Assembly (NCBI GenBank): GCA_951406725.2
Contig: OX597814.1
Span: forward strand, 7,502,001 to 7,566,000
Length of the DNA: 64,000 nucleotides
Reading direction: 5' to 3'
Source: Octopus vulgaris
Taxonomy: Eukaryota
In this document: positions 1 through 13,091 of the stretch, piece by piece
Position numbering within the stretch: position 1 is the stretch's first letter
Layout: every line of letters starts with the position of its first letter
Made by a program: the position numbers and the translations under genes
The notes under the pieces: generated by a model
Databases searched by the model: none
Seen by the model: only the letters and a program-made list of their open reading frames with translations
Told to the model about the DNA's origin: nothing

Positions 1-247
1 CGGAACTTCAAGTGAAACATTACAAAATAAAACAATAACATTGGATACACTCCGAATGAGGATACCGGACCAGGCGACGACCATTCAAGGATACACTCAG
101 GATGAAGACCAGCTGCTACAAATCCAGTAATGGACCAACTTCCAGCCAGCTGCTACAAATCCAGTAATGAGAACAAATCTGAAAGAAAATAAATTAAGGT
201 GGTGCTCCAGTATGGCAGCAATGCCACGACTGAACCATTAAAAGAAT

Positions 248-595
248 AACAAGAGCACAAACCTCCGCCAAGGCAACACCAACGTCCTCTCAACGATTAG
301 CCAGAGATGAGTTTTAAAATGAGAATACCTGAAATAAACTCGACTGCTCTCAGAGAATACTAAAAATGAATCCGAACGCTCTCAATAATTAAGTAAAAAA
401 TAGGAAAAATAATCCAGAATCCTTGTCCAGTAGCTGATCAATTGCAAAATCTAATAGGTTCGTGCCAGTCACGAGGCCAAACATCTCTGAAAGTTTCATG
501 CGAATCCATCCACCGGTTCTTGAGAATCTTGTCCACGGACAGACTAACAAACACGACTTAAAAAATACCTCTTCCTTAAGGAAGGCGGATGTAAT
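248..595. mobile_element. Non-autonomous Helentron/DINE-1-like (HINE) element
   Basis: Short subterminal inverted motif ACCTCCGCC (about 261) / GGCGGATGT (about 584), terminal hairpin CTTCC-TTAA-GGAAG, and an internal 'AAAGTTTCAT..AATCCATCCA..GGTTCTTGAGA..ACGGACAGAC' block typical of these elements. Family assigned by recall. Confidence 0.45.
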
Positions 596-1475
596 GAAAG
601 AACAAGGTAAACAATAGATTGTTGATCTACGGAATTATTGATCAGTTATGCTCTGTTGCTTATCACACACCAACAAACAAATGAGTAACCCTCACCACAC
701 CAACCAAGTCCGCCGAAAAATAAAATGGGAACAATGTTTAGAGACAGATGAAATGAGTATAAATGAATTAGTCTGGAAGAGGAGCGGAGAGCTGAGAGTA
801 GAAACGTGGTAGCAGGAAGAGGAGATGAGAATAAATTAATTAACCAATAATTACATCGCAACCAATCAGTTGCTCAATGAGATATGAGGGGGGTCAATCA
901 ATGAATGTCACAAATACTCGTTCACAGGAAAGTAGGGGGTCGTTCATTGGGAAGGAAAATCTGGGGAGAAGTAAAGGGTTTGATTCAGATTGCAGGTTTT
1001 GATGAAACGATATGATGGAATGATTGTCTCTTCGATTTAAACAGAAACCAAAGGGATCAATGGTGGGAATTTTGTGATTGTAACAAAGCTGTAGAGAAGA
1101 AAGCAGCCAAAAGAGAATTGATTGTCGGATGGTAGAACACAAAACTGACTTTCTATGTAGGTAACTTATTGACTTTTACTATAAAACTTACAACGGAGAA
1201 GTAAACATACCAAGTTGATTGCACTGGTAGAAGAAAAACACTGATATCCAAAAGAGAGAATCGACAAACACTTGTCAAAGTTTGGGTTTTGTTGCCCTAG
1301 TAACCACAGCTTTTGAGATAAGGGTTTCTAACCTAGTGCAGTTGCTTCATCACCTCATTTTATATGTCTCTGTAAATTATGGAGCCAATCTGACTTCATC
1401 TACCGGCCCTTAAACCGTTCCCATCCCAAAATGAGGCAAACAAATTTTTCGCATTTCAGCTTTATAGATTTTGAT

Positions 1476-2022
1476 TGTATATTTCACATGCACAGGAAAT
1501 AGTTTACTCCGGTTCAAGCATAGTTCTGACAATACAGTCTGTCTACCACCACTTGGGTTCTGTTATGATCAGGAAAGCACAGAGGAAGGTTGTTTTGTTG
1601 GTTGAGAAAATTATTGATGCTTTAAAGAAATTAGCTTACTTTTTGTTTCCCAGTATTTGTTGTACGTATATCATTGAAATCGAGAGACTCGCAAAAGGTA
1701 GAGAATTATTATTTTCTTGGTTTAGCAACATGTCAGTGTTGCGGGAGTAGATCTATGATACAAGACGTTCTAACCTTGACCACCACCCTCTCTATTCATA
1801 TGCATTGTCCACCAATGTATTTCCTTTCTAATGATTGAAGGAATGATTTGAGAGATATTTGGCTGTTATTTTTAGTATTTTGTTTTCTTTGGAGGAGTTT
1901 ACAGTGAGACGAGGTGTCTGTCTGAGGATAAAGCATGAATCAATCTGGTTTTCTTTTTCTCTCTGGGGTTGGAACCCCTATAAATGCTGTTGCCTTACTT
2001 TTCCTGTTTCAGTTATGGAGAG
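1476..2022. repeat. Dispersed duplicated segment (copies at about 5000-5530 direct and about 34030-34560 inverted)
   Basis: Long colinear match, e.g. TATTTCACATGCACAGGAAATAGTTTAC...ATAAATGCTGTTGCCTT, in all three places. Confidence 0.9.
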
Positions 2023-2184
2023 ACATGGGTCCAGTTTCCCCATAGAGATTCCTTACAGTTTCCCTATTAACAAGGAGCTGTGTGTTAAATGTACCATAGC
2101 CATGTATATGTCTCCCATCAACCGTCATTCTCATCCTTTGTCTCACTGCCCCTCAATCTTTCACCCTTTCTCTATGTCTATATA

Positions 2185-2185
2185 A

Positions 2186-2258
<73 letters not shown>

Positions 2259-2318
2259 CATCCATCCATCAACTATCTATCTATCTGTCTGTCCGTCCGT
2301 CCGTCCGTCTGCCCGTCC

Positions 2319-2373
<55 letters not shown>

Positions 2374-3390
2374 CGTCCGTCCGTCCGTCCGTCTGTCTGT
2401 CTGTGTTTATGTCTCTACATCTATTCTCTCTGCCTCTATCACTGTGTATATCTCTCTCCCTGATAATGACTCTCTCTCTCTCCGTTGTCCTTTCAATGCT
2501 TCTACCTCTGTCGCTCTATATTTCTCTCTCTCCCTACTCTCGCTCTATCTATGTGATTCTATCCCTAAAGGAACATTCCTGCATCTATGTATGTGTGTAT
2601 GCATGCATGTATGTGTGTGTATGTATGTACACAAGCATGTATGTGTTTGTATGTATGCATATATGTATCTATGTGTGTATGTGTGCATGCTTGTATGTAT
2701 GTATGTAGGTATCTATGTGTATGTGCGAGCGTGTAAGTGTGTATGTGTGTATATGAATGCATGTGTGTGTGTATGTATGTATGTATGTATGTATGTATGT
2801 ATGTATGTATGTATGTATGTATGTATGTATGTATGTATGTATGTATGCATGTATCTATGTGTATGTGCGAGCGTGTAAGTGTGTATGTGTGTATATGAAT
2901 GCATGTGTGTGTGTATGTGTGTGTGTATGTATGTATGTATGTATGTATGTATGTATGTATGTATCTATGTGTATGTGCGAGCGTGTAAGTGTGTATGTGT
3001 GTGTGTATGTATGTATGTATGTATGTATGTATGTATGTATGTATGTATGTATCTATGTGTATGTGCGAGCGTGTAAGTGTGTATGTGTGTGTGTATGTAT
3101 GTATGTATGTATGCATGTATGTATGTATGTATGTATCTATGTGTATGTGCGAGCGTGTAAGTGTGTATGTGTGTATATGAATGCATGTGTGTGTGTATGT
3201 GTGTGTGTATGTATGTATGTATGTATGTATGTATGTATGTATGTATGTATGTATGTATCTATGTGTATGTGCGAGCGTGTAAGTGTGTATGTGTGTATAT
3301 GAATGCATGTGTGTGTGTATGTGTGTGTGTATGTATGTATGTATGTATGTATGTATGTATGTATGTATGTATGTATGTATGTATGTATAT
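2185..3390. repeat. Compound microsatellite (CTAT/CTGT/TATG/TG) with a higher-order minisatellite
   Basis: Runs directly visible; marker GCGAGCGTGTAAG recurs six times (about 2725, 2867, 2977, 3065, 3149, 3271). Confidence 0.95.
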
Positions 3391-3644
3391 ACGTATGTTT
3401 CTCTCCTGGTTTTAATACTTGACATTCTCCTGAAGAAGAGGCTGTTTTCTAACAAACATACAAAGCTCCGTCATTGGAATGTCGATGATGGAACCAATGT
3501 CCCATTTAAAACCTGTATACTTTACATTCAGCTGCTCACCTTTTGCTCTTCTTACCTGAGGCTTATAGCTTTGGTATTTAGGAATTAATATTTCATCAGT
3601 AAACATTAGTGTGATCCATTGAATTGGTTAGGGCTACGGTTAGG

Positions 3645-3750
3645 AACAGAATTAGACTGGACAAAATCCAGATTAGCTTTGCCACGGGGAGAAGCATTAC
3701 TGATGTTATTTTCTTAGCCAGACAACTGCAAGAGAAATACTTACCCGAAA
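3645..3750 (+). mobile_element. RTE-clade LINE reverse transcriptase fragment
   Basis: Translates as RIRLDKIQISFATGRSITDVIFLARQLQEKYL, matching the RTE motif QxGFxxGRSTxDAIFxxRQLQEKY. Confidence 0.75.
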
Positions 3751-3781
3751 TTTAATTCGATTTTGAATAGTTTTCTTGGAT

Positions 3782-4051
3782 ACTCTCTTTACTCTATACT
3801 CTTTTATTGTTTCAGTCATTTGACTGCGGCCATGCCGGAGCACCGCCTTTAGTCGAGCAAATCGACCACAGGACTTATTCTTTCTAGGCCTAGTACTTAT
3901 TCTATCGGTCTCTTTTGCCGAACCGCTGAGCTACAGTGACGCAAACACACCACCATCGTTTGTCAAGCGATGTTGGGTGGAAAACACACACACACAAACA
4001 CACAAACACACACACACACATACACACACATACACACACATACACACACAG

Positions 4052-4102
<51 letters not shown>

Positions 4103-4267
4103 TACGACAGGCTTCTTTAAGTTTCCGTCTACCAAATCCACTCACAAGGCTTTGGTCGGCCTGAGGCTATAGTAGGAGACACTTGACCAAGATGCCACGC
4201 AGTGGGACTGAACCCGGAACCATGTGGTTGGTAAGCTAGCTACTTACCACACAGCCACTCCTGCGCT
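3782..4267 (-). mobile_element. tRNA-derived octopus-type SINE with internal (CA)/(TA) microsatellite
   Basis: Minus-strand head with A-box-like GTGGCTGTGTGGTAAG and B-box GGTTCAGTCCC; CORE-like ATAAGTACTAG..GTCGATTTGCTCGAC segment; related copies at about 15910-16240, 18050-18110 and 35760-36030. Confidence 0.85.
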
Positions 4268-4277
4268 TATTATCTGT

Positions 4278-4845
4278 TTAAAATGTTTCTTTTTGTTTTT
4301 GCTGGTTGGTTCTGAGCTTCAAACTTTTTACTAAACGGTCCTCAATTGTTGATAATCTTGGTGTTGTATTTTTGTTATTATTTGCTGGTAACTGGGCTTG
4401 TCTCTCACTTGCAGAAGAGAAAGGATTTGCTCTTGTAAAGTGGTAGATAAAATGATCAGTTTGAGGTGTTGTTACTTGTGGTATTCCCGAGCGATCACGG
4501 CTTAAGTAATTTCCAGGATTTTTCAATTCTTTTCAGAATTCTTGAAACAGCTAATGGAGGTACAGACCAATCAGCTGCTCTCTTTTTTACACATTTCTCC
4601 ATTTTTTACCAAATTTCACTCTGAGCTCGTTTCTCTCATAGAACTTCATGCTTCTTCCTCGTCTTTCATTTTGGCATCTGATGATCAAATTGGATATGAC
4701 TGTCAAGAGAAATGTCGTTAAAGGCATGTTTGTTTAGTTTTCTTGTGATAAATATAAATTTTTGGAAAACCCACTTTACTAAAAATAGTAAATCTACTTA
4801 ATTAACTTTTCTTGGTGGGACTAAAGTTGCTGGGGTGAATTTGGA
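4278..4845 (-). mobile_element. Tc1-family DNA transposon, degenerate 5' part (HTH region)
   Basis: Minus-strand peptide AVSRILKR..RSGIPQVTTPQTDHFI..ANPFSSASE..STIEDRL fits the Tc1/Tc3 HTH signature (GRPxxTTxxxDRxI..NPFxSA..STIxxRL); stops and frameshifts present. Confidence 0.75.
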
Positions 4846-4854
4846 TATAAATAA

Positions 4855-4930
<76 letters not shown>

Positions 4931-6860
4931 GGGTTATCCGCAGGAATGATGTTAATGTATTCTTTACAGATATAGATTTACAATTTTACGCATATATTTA
5001 TATATTTCACATGCACAGGAAATAGTTTACACCTATTCAGGCATAGTTCTGATAATACAGTCTGTCTACCACCACTTGGGTTCTGTTTTGATCAGGAAAG
5101 CTCAGAGGAAGGTTGTTTTGTTGGTTGAGAAATATTATTGATGCTTTTAAGAAATTGGCTTACTTTTTGTTTCCCAGTATTTGTTGTACGTATATCATTG
5201 AAATCGAGAGACTCGCAAAAGGTAAGAGAATTATTATTTTCTTGATTTAGCAACATGTCAGTGTTGCGGGAGTAGATCTATGATACAAGACATTCTAACC
5301 TTGACCACCACCCTCTCTATTCATATGCATTGTCCACCAATGTATTTCCTTTCTAAGAATTGAAGGAAGGATTTGAGAGATATTTGGCTGTTGTTTTTAG
5401 TATTTTGTTTTCTTTGGAGGAGTTTACTGTGAGACGAGGTGTGTCTGAGGATAAACCATGAATCAATCGGGTTTTCTTTTTCTCTCTGGGGTTGGAATCC
5501 CTATAAATGCTGTTGCCTTTCCTTTCCTGTTTGTTATTGTTATTTTTGTTGTTTAACACCTTTTCACCCAGAAGAAGTCTCTGTCTTCTCGTGAAGAAGT
5601 TTCTGTGATGTTCATAACTCCTCCCCTGACTACTATCACTACTATTACAACTTCTATAATAATCGTTGCGGTTGTGCCTGCTATTTACCATGGTCATAGT
5701 AGAGGGTCAATGGTTAGTTATTTTAGCTTGTGACGTAGTTTAGCTGGTAGGCTGCATAGTATTTGTTGTAATGTTATTAACTGCGAAACCACATAGGGGT
5801 TCCAACGTCGTCCACGATTTCGTTTATATTGTTTGAGAGAAGCTTAATTCCAGATCTTTTCCCAAAATATATCCTACATTCAAAATTATACTGAAACTGT
5901 GTATTTTGAACAATAGTCCTGATTATTCTATAATATTTAATTTTTTTACAAAAGAAAGACAAAGAAAAAGAAGAACTATAAAGGGAAGAAAAAGAAAGAA
6001 AAACGAAAAAACATCAATGCAGCTCCAATTGATTCAGTTGGTCGCAAACGCCACAAGCCCAACGGAACAAACTGATGTAAGCCAGAAAGTCAACACTTCA
6101 CTGCATTATCAGGATCGAAGGCGAGGCTAAGGCGTCGGAAAAGCCAAACGCCATCACAGGCATCACCCTACGCCTCGGGAAAGCGAGCTGCCAACGATGA
6201 CAAGAACTTCGTTGTTAGCGGTTCACTTCCTTCAAACATCTCAAACGCCATAAGTTGGAAGAGACAGTTCAATCTCAGTTCCCGATATTTCAAGGTTTTG
6301 TTCCGTTCGGCTACAAACTTTCTTCCTACGTCCCACAAATGTTGCTTGTTGGCGTAATTGTTTCGCAGTAAAATGATTTAGTTGTGGATGCGGATCGTCC
6401 ATGTATGGTTCCAATCTGATCAAACATCCAACGACGGGGTTTTGTTTAGCTCTTCCATAACAATTAATAAATCTGTCCTCAATTCATAAATCTAAGAAAA
6501 AAAGATGAGTTTTATGGTTACGGTTTCTTCTCTAACTAAAGTTAGAAAGAATCTGTTTATCTGTTGAGCTGTTGTTTTTGTTCTGTTCCTTGGTTGTATT
6601 GTTGTTGATGTTGTGTCCAGCCATGTTGTTTGTAGTAAATCTCTGCATGCTAAATTCAAGTTTCAGTCGAAAATCAATACAATCTTTAATAAAAGGCTCC
6701 TTCAGTTAATTCATCTGGAGATTAACCAGTTATTTAACAGGGCTTCAAAGATGGAGATAGTATTCATCGTATCTTCCATAAATAGTCTTCCATACTAAAT
6801 ACGTGACGTGTCACTTCGAGCCAGCCTGTCTGTCTGTCTGCCTGTCTCTATGTATGTATG
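4931..6860. repeat. Left copy of inverted segmental duplication (partner about 33230-34630)
   Basis: 6340-6850 is the reverse complement of about 33250-33760, and 4931-5615 of about 33945-34630. It contains a short RLE-LINE-like N-terminal fragment (HPQLNHFTAKQLRQQATFV). Confidence 0.9.
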
Positions 6861-7200
6861 TATGTATGTATGTATGTATGTATGTATGTATGTATGTATG
6901 TATGTATGAATGTATGTATGTATGTATGTATGTATGTATGCATGTATGTATTTATTTATGTAGGTATGTATGTATGTGTGCATGTATGTATGTATGTATG
7001 TATGAATGAATGTATGTATGTATGTATGTATGCCTGCATGTATGTATTTATTTATGTAGGTATGTATGTATGTGTGCATGTATGTATGTATGTATGTATG
7101 TATGCATGCATGTATGTATTTATTTATGTATGTATGTATGTATGTGTGCATGTATGTATGTATTTATTTATGTATGTACGTATGTATGAATGTTGTGTGT
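6848..7200. repeat. (TATG)n compound microsatellite
   Basis: Directly visible; abuts the 3' end of the RLE LINE. Confidence 0.95.
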
Positions 7201-7204
7201 GAAG

Positions 7205-8985
7205 ATCTGTATTTTTGTATGTTTTTATGTATTCTCATGCATATAGTTACATATCTAGACATACTCATATATATTTAAATGATAAACTTCTGGAAAGTTT
7301 TCCAGATTTTTACAGTTCCAGTGATGGATTGGATCTGTAATCTTCGAATTAGCTTTCTCCTTTCTGGTTTTGAGAAGCCTAATTTCTCAAAATTGGTATT
7401 TAGGCAGTGTGTTACATATCCCTGTGCCCCAATAATTACAGGTATGAACCTGAACTTGTAATCTGGATAGAGTAACTGCAGATTTCTCAATAGTTCAGCA
7501 GAGGTGTTCTCTCTTTCACTGATCTACCGCTTTATGTTAACATCCGCTGGGCAGCTAATTTCCACAACTGTGCACAGTTTCTCTTCTCTATCCCAAATCA
7601 TTATATCAGGTCTGTTGTTCCTATATTTTACTGAGGTCTTCACTGGCACATTCCACCGGTATTCCTTTTTATTATGAGTGGCTATGGCATCTACCATATT
7701 GTGGATTCTTTTTTCTTTCTTCTTGGGATTATGCTTACCACGGATTTCATTATAGAGTGTCCTAGTTACAACATCATGTCTCATCGGTAGATAATACCGT
7801 GATGACATTTTCGGACAACTGCTTATGATGTGGGTGATATCTTCAGTGTGAACTCCACAAAGTCTGCATCGTTTGCCACATTTGAATGCTTTTTCTGTAT
7901 CTCCATCCCTTTTGTTCACCAGGTACTTGGTTGATATTTCCTGTTCCTCGATAACAAATGCATATCCTTCAAAGTGCGAGGTAGTAATCCGGCTATTGAT
8001 CCATGATAAACTGCTTTGATGATCGATGCTACTATCATCACAAAGCTTTCTACTATCATATCCATGCATGGTCTTCTGCTTACATAGGCTCATCCTTTCA
8101 TCTGATGAGACGCTGCGGTAGAGTCGTGTGAGTATGTACTTTAGGTTCTCAGACAAGGAATGCTGCTCAAGTCTTATGATGTTATCAGCCTCATGTATGC
8201 AAACTTGGTCAAGGGATGCATTTCGACACTTGACGGTTAAAAGATGTTGCCGAAAGGATATGATGTGACATCCAAAGGCATTTTGGATCGATGTTAAACC
8301 TCTGCCACTTGTTTTCGTTTCAGGTAGAGGCTATCTACGTCACTGTTTATGTGGAAATTATGTTTTGTTGTTCATATTTTTCGGGTTTTCACACAAATTG
8401 CTAGGATCTCATCAAACGTCCAATCAAGCATCTCAAATATTGGTACGGGTACTGACACTGCAAACACATTGTGTTTTATTGAATGCAGATAGATGTGAGG
8501 TCCAAATTTTCTTAATTCGGCTGTAATATTCTTCAGTGACACGTGTTTTGTTACAGGTGCCATTGTAAGATATATTTTCATCCACCCCTAGATACCAGAT
8601 ACAGGGGAAACATTCAAATTATTGACGGAGATGCTACTAGTCTAGTTTATAGCATTCCTCCTTTTCACAACTATATAACAACATTTATCCTGACCAAAAT
8701 CTAACCCTACATCCTTTGAGGATGTCGTAACTAGCTCAAGGCTCTTTTTCATCTCATGCATATTCTTTGCATAACGTTTTAGGTCAGTCACAAAGAAACA
8801 GTGTGTAATTCTGATACTTTTGTTTCCCTGTGAACCAGTGAGATATCCTACAGACTTCTTTAACATGAATGACATGGGGTTTACAGGAAATATAAAGATC
8901 ACAGAAGGCTGTTCCCTTGGAAGATGCCTTTGAGACACTGTATTCTATCAGTGATAATACAGTCACTCTTTGAGTTTAATCTTAA
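7205..8985 (-). mobile_element. Degenerate RLE-type non-LTR retrotransposon (R4/NeSL-like), 3' portion
   Basis: RT remnant (ITHCFFVTDLKRYAK..GLDFGQDKC), CCHC CRLCGVHTEDITHIISSC, RHD motif, and PD-(D/E)xK endonuclease NRPDIMIWD..VEISCP; multiple stops. Confidence 0.9.
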
Positions 8986-9049
8986 GTTTGAAAGTGTTTA
9001 GTTACAAAAAATTAATTTCTCGATCTGCCGTTCAAATGGAAAAGTTCCT

Positions 9050-9880
9050 AGCTTAATATTAGGTTGTTTTACATGAATTGTCGTATTTGAAAGCTAACAA
9101 TAAAATGTTTCAGAAATGTTGGAGAACTGATTCATTTAATCAAAGTATGATCCCCGTTCATTTACCAAAGTTTTGTCTATGTCATATTTTCCATCTTTAA
9201 AAAGGGAATCCATCATTTGCTGTTAAACTGTCCGAATGCTTCAATCACCTCTTCTCTCTTTACGAATGTTTTATTGTTTATGAAATAGGCAATATGCTTA
9301 AATAAGTGATGATTAGTTGGAGAGATATCAGAGAATGCTGCAAAATCTCATAATTCCGGATTTGCAACATTTGGACCGTAGCTTGTGGAGAGTGAGCACG
9401 TGCAATGTCGTGGAGCAAAATTGGGCCATCTCTCTTCACTATTCTGGGTTGCTTCTTTTTCAAATTCTCACGCATACAATCAATTTCCTAGCAATACGAT
9501 GTTGTTGTTACCGTTTTCCCTTGTTGCAAATATGAATAATGAATAACTCCCTTCGCGGACGACCATACAATGACAACCAACTTTTTAGGGTGCAATGGTG
9601 CGTTTAGGTGACTCTCCTGCATTTAATCACTGTCCTGTTCTGCTGTTGTCAATGAGTTTCCATTTGTCATCACAAGTAAGGATTTGATCCAAAAATGGTA
9701 TTTTTCTAGTCGGGAAAGCAATAATAAGCACATTTAGAGGCTTCTGGTTTTTTTTTTTTTTTTTTTTCAAATCTCGTTCAGTTGATGTAGAACAAACCTA
9801 TCTGTTTTCTTCACTTTTCCAATTTTTTACAGGTGTCCAGAAATTCCCATTCTACTTAGAGTTTATACTTACGGAAATGG
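9050..9880 (-). mobile_element. Mariner transposase fossil
   Basis: GPILLHDIARAHS..TVQMLQ..YEILQHS corresponds to mariner LLHDNARPH..WEVLPHP; heavily degraded. Confidence 0.75.
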
Positions 9881-9990
9881 ATACGCAACGTTTCCTCTTC
9901 TTTCTAGTTTATAAAAATTTGATAAATTTGGTGACTGAGGAATCCGATCCAAATAAAGAAACGAAAATAAAATTCCAGAATCACCGTTAG

Positions 9991-10962
9991 ATATATTATA
10001 ATATTTTATACAAAAATAAATATAAGAGAGTGGTCACTATATGGCTCACTCTAGCACTAGTAAATCCAAAGGTTTCAACCACAAAAATACATGTTTCCCA
10101 TGAAAGTCAGTACGATTGTTAGCTCACACGAACAGGAAACAATTGTCCCAAAATAATCTGTATTTTTGTTATTTTTTATTTGCCCTGTTCGTGTGAGCTA
10201 ACAATCGTACTGACTTTCATGGGAAACATGTATTTTTGTGGTTGAAACCTTTTGGATTTACTAGTGCTAGAGTGAGCCATATAGTGACCACTCTCTTATA
10301 TTTATTTTTGTATAAAATATTATGATATATTATAAAATATTATAATAATCCAGGTTTCTCGGGGCACTGGGCCACTTGGTGTTGAATAGATATACTATTA
10401 AATTAGTATCTAATTCTCTCACCCTTATTAATTAATTATAATTATGCTACATTTATTTCTAAATGTAGTATTTGTTTCCGTGAAAGTTTGGCGCGCTGTT
10501 GGTAGGGGCATTTGAATTATAACGTCGGATGTAATCAATTGAACCACACGTGTATTTATCGTTATTTATCTGGCGTGTGATTGAGTGGATTTCATCCAGA
10601 TAGTTTTGGCTGAGGAGCTACAAGTGGATTTTTTGTGAGTAAAATTACATTTAATTCATTAATAGCGAAACAATTGTCCCAAAATAATCTGTATTTTTGT
10701 TATTTTTTATTTGCCCTGTTCGTGTGAGCTAACAATCGTACTGACTTTCATGGGAAATATGTATTTTTGTGGTTGAAACCTTTTGGATTTACTAGTGCTA
10801 GAGTGAGCCATATAGTGACCACTCTCTTATATTTATTTTTGTATAAAATATTATAATATATTATAAAATATTATAATAATCCAGGTTTCTCGGGGCACTG
10901 GGCCACCTGGTGTTGAATAGATATACTATTAAATTAGTATCTAATTCTCTCACCCTTATTAA

Positions 10963-10970
<8 letters not shown>
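9991..10970. mobile_element. Non-coding Penelope-like element: inverted pLTR plus tandem pLTRs
   Basis: Near-perfect inverted arms 9991-10136 / 10185-10330; direct repeat 10137-10440 matches 10668-10970; same family as the pLTR (16352-16635) joined to the Penelope RT. Confidence 0.8.
10604..10684 (+). ncRNA. Type I hammerhead ribozyme motif (Penelope pLTR)
   Basis: Stem I TTTTGG(10604-09)/CCAAAA(10679-84); core CTGAGGA(10610-16); stem II GCTA/TAGC; GAAA(10667-70); stem III C-AATT-G with palindromic loop; cleavage triplet GTC(10676-78). Confidence 0.8.
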
Positions 10971-11001
<31 letters not shown>

Positions 11002-11664
11002 CATGTCATATTTTCCGTTTGTTGTCTTCCTGTTATTTATGTAACGCACGCACTCTTTAATTTCTTGGGATATTTTTGTGTCTCCATGTTTCTTTCCTTT
11101 ACTTTTCTCCTCTTTATTTCCCCCCTCTCTCTCTCTATCTCTTTATCTGTTACCCTCTTCCAACTATCATGTGACCCGTGACGACCTATGGTGGTGTCAT
11201 ATAATTTTTTACGTTGCCTTCGACCGCACTGGTCACGATTTTCTGAGCTCCTCGCTCTATCCCTCACGTTCCTTAGGACAGTTTTCATTTCTCCTTCGTG
11301 TTACCCACTTTCGTCTTGTCTTGCAGCCCCAAGGCTATTTTCTTCCCTATATGTATTATTATCATTATTAATTGTTGTCTTCGTGTGGTTCTAAGCCCTT
11401 ATTCTGTTTGTTTTGTCCTTCGACCGTCCACTAACGGTTTCGTCTTGATCCCGTCTCATTTTGTTATATTTTGATCCCATTCCCGGCAAGTCTTTTGCTG
11501 GTGCTTCCAGAGAGGAAACAATATTATCGATAATGGCTGAAATTGCGTTTGACTCCTCTTGCCGATAACTGACGAAGATTTCGTGACTTTGTGTGTTTTC
11601 TGTTCGCCTGTGCATTTAGTATGTGTTCATTTCTTTATTTACTATACGTTATATATATATATAT

Positions 11665-11897
11665 TTGATGTTGCTCCAGTTCACTCCGCTGTAGAAATGA
11701 GTTGCGACGTCACAGGTACCTAGCTGTATCGACCCCTTTGCCTTTCCCTTGGGTAACACTGGTGGCGTGGAGATGGGAGGCCGTTATGCATGGGCGACTG
11801 CGAGTCCTCCATAAACAACCTTGCCCGGACTTGTGCCTGAGAGGGTAACTTTCTTGGTGCAATCCCATGGTCTCTGTCGTGACCGAAGGGGCTCTCA
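11665..11897 (+). mobile_element. SINE-like repeat fragment
   Basis: CORE-like CAGTTCACTCCGCTGTAGAAATGAGT segment; GC-richer body flanked by (TA)n. Family assigned by recall only. Confidence 0.45.
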
Positions 11898-11947
11898 GAA
11901 TATATATATATATATATATATATACGTGCGTGTGTGTGTGTGTGTGA

Positions 11948-11983
<36 letters not shown>

Positions 11984-12498
11984 CCTGTATGCGTGCCTGT
12001 TTCATTTTGCTTCTCGCCGTTTGTCCTATGCACAGAACCAAATCCTTACATGTGTTTTACCATTTTGTTCCAGTTGTTTTATGTCTAGCTTCAGTCATGA
12101 CAACGCATCTGTCGTGCTGATGACGCCTGTTGACCTAGAAATACCTGTTACAACTATCCTGTATCCACCCCACCCCCCACGCAAGCCATTTAAATGTATA
12201 ATCTCAAAGAATATTTGATTGCTTAATCTTATCTTTCTGCCTGATTTAATTCAGATGTTTGTTTATTTCGTTTCGAATCAAATAAAGAATTCATTTGGAT
12301 ATCTACTTGAACGTTGTTTGACTTTCTTCTCGAAACCCATTCCTCTGGACACTATGGCTTATTAATCTCTATCCATTTCCGCTTTTTTTGTGCGCGTGTG
12401 TGTATCAATCAAAGCATACAGTAATATAGCTCCTTTGCAGCCGATCTTACTAATCGTATTCGATAACCAGGTATTAGACACCTGTGTGGTTAATTAAC

Positions 12499-13091
12499 AC
12501 CACGTCCTTTGGTAAAATAGCTGGTAGGGGATAAAATATAGCAACCGCTCTCTTATTGGAGGTGAAAATTTTCACGGCCACTCTGTGGATGCTGTGGGGA
12601 CTAGACTACAGGATGCTTGTGAAATCTGGACAGTTTACCAGACATGCTAAAAAATGTAACCACTTTCACCTGACACACCTGCGAAAAGTTCTTAACATCA
12701 GAGGACAATAAAGCTCCAAATAAAAGTGTTATCGACAGAGCTAACATTCCAAGCGTGTATGCTTTATGAGCGAATTCTAACTGCGGTAGAGTGAACATGT
12801 AGCGCACATGCTCGACTTCACTCTTTCCAGAGAGATCTTCGCAAAAGTAACATTTGGTTCTTGATCACAATGTGGACCAAACAAAAGATACAAAAACACG
12901 CACAAGACAACCTTGGAAAAAGTATAACTTTTTGGAAGCAACTTGCTAAGAATGGCCTATTGTGTAAAAATCCAAACAAACGACGTCCTTTGTACCACGT
13001 CCTTTGCTAAAATAGCTAGTAGGGGAAAAATATAGCGACTGCTCTATTATTGGAGATGAAAAATTTCACAGCCATTCTGTGGATGCTGTGG
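12499..13091. repeat. About 100-bp diverged direct repeat (12499-12598 and 12994-13091) in a probable degenerate DNA transposon
   Basis: CCACGTCCTTTG..AAAATAGCT..GTAGGGG..TCTGTGGATGCTGTGG occurs twice; IIGDEK resembles mariner IVTGDEK. Confidence 0.55.

Noticed and set aside
2089-3588. Many MYVC/HTYI-repeat ORFs (also 6795-7278, 22602-23025, 53853-54443)
   Set aside because: These are stop-free frames of tetra- and dinucleotide microsatellites.
4190-4267. tRNA gene
   Set aside because: Only A/B-box-like remnants forming a SINE head; there is no cloverleaf and the sequence continues into the SINE body.
12110-12155. Third full hammerhead (CTGATGA..GAAA..GTT)
   Set aside because: Stem II does not pair, stem III and the triplet are non-canonical, and stem I has mismatches; at best a decayed copy.
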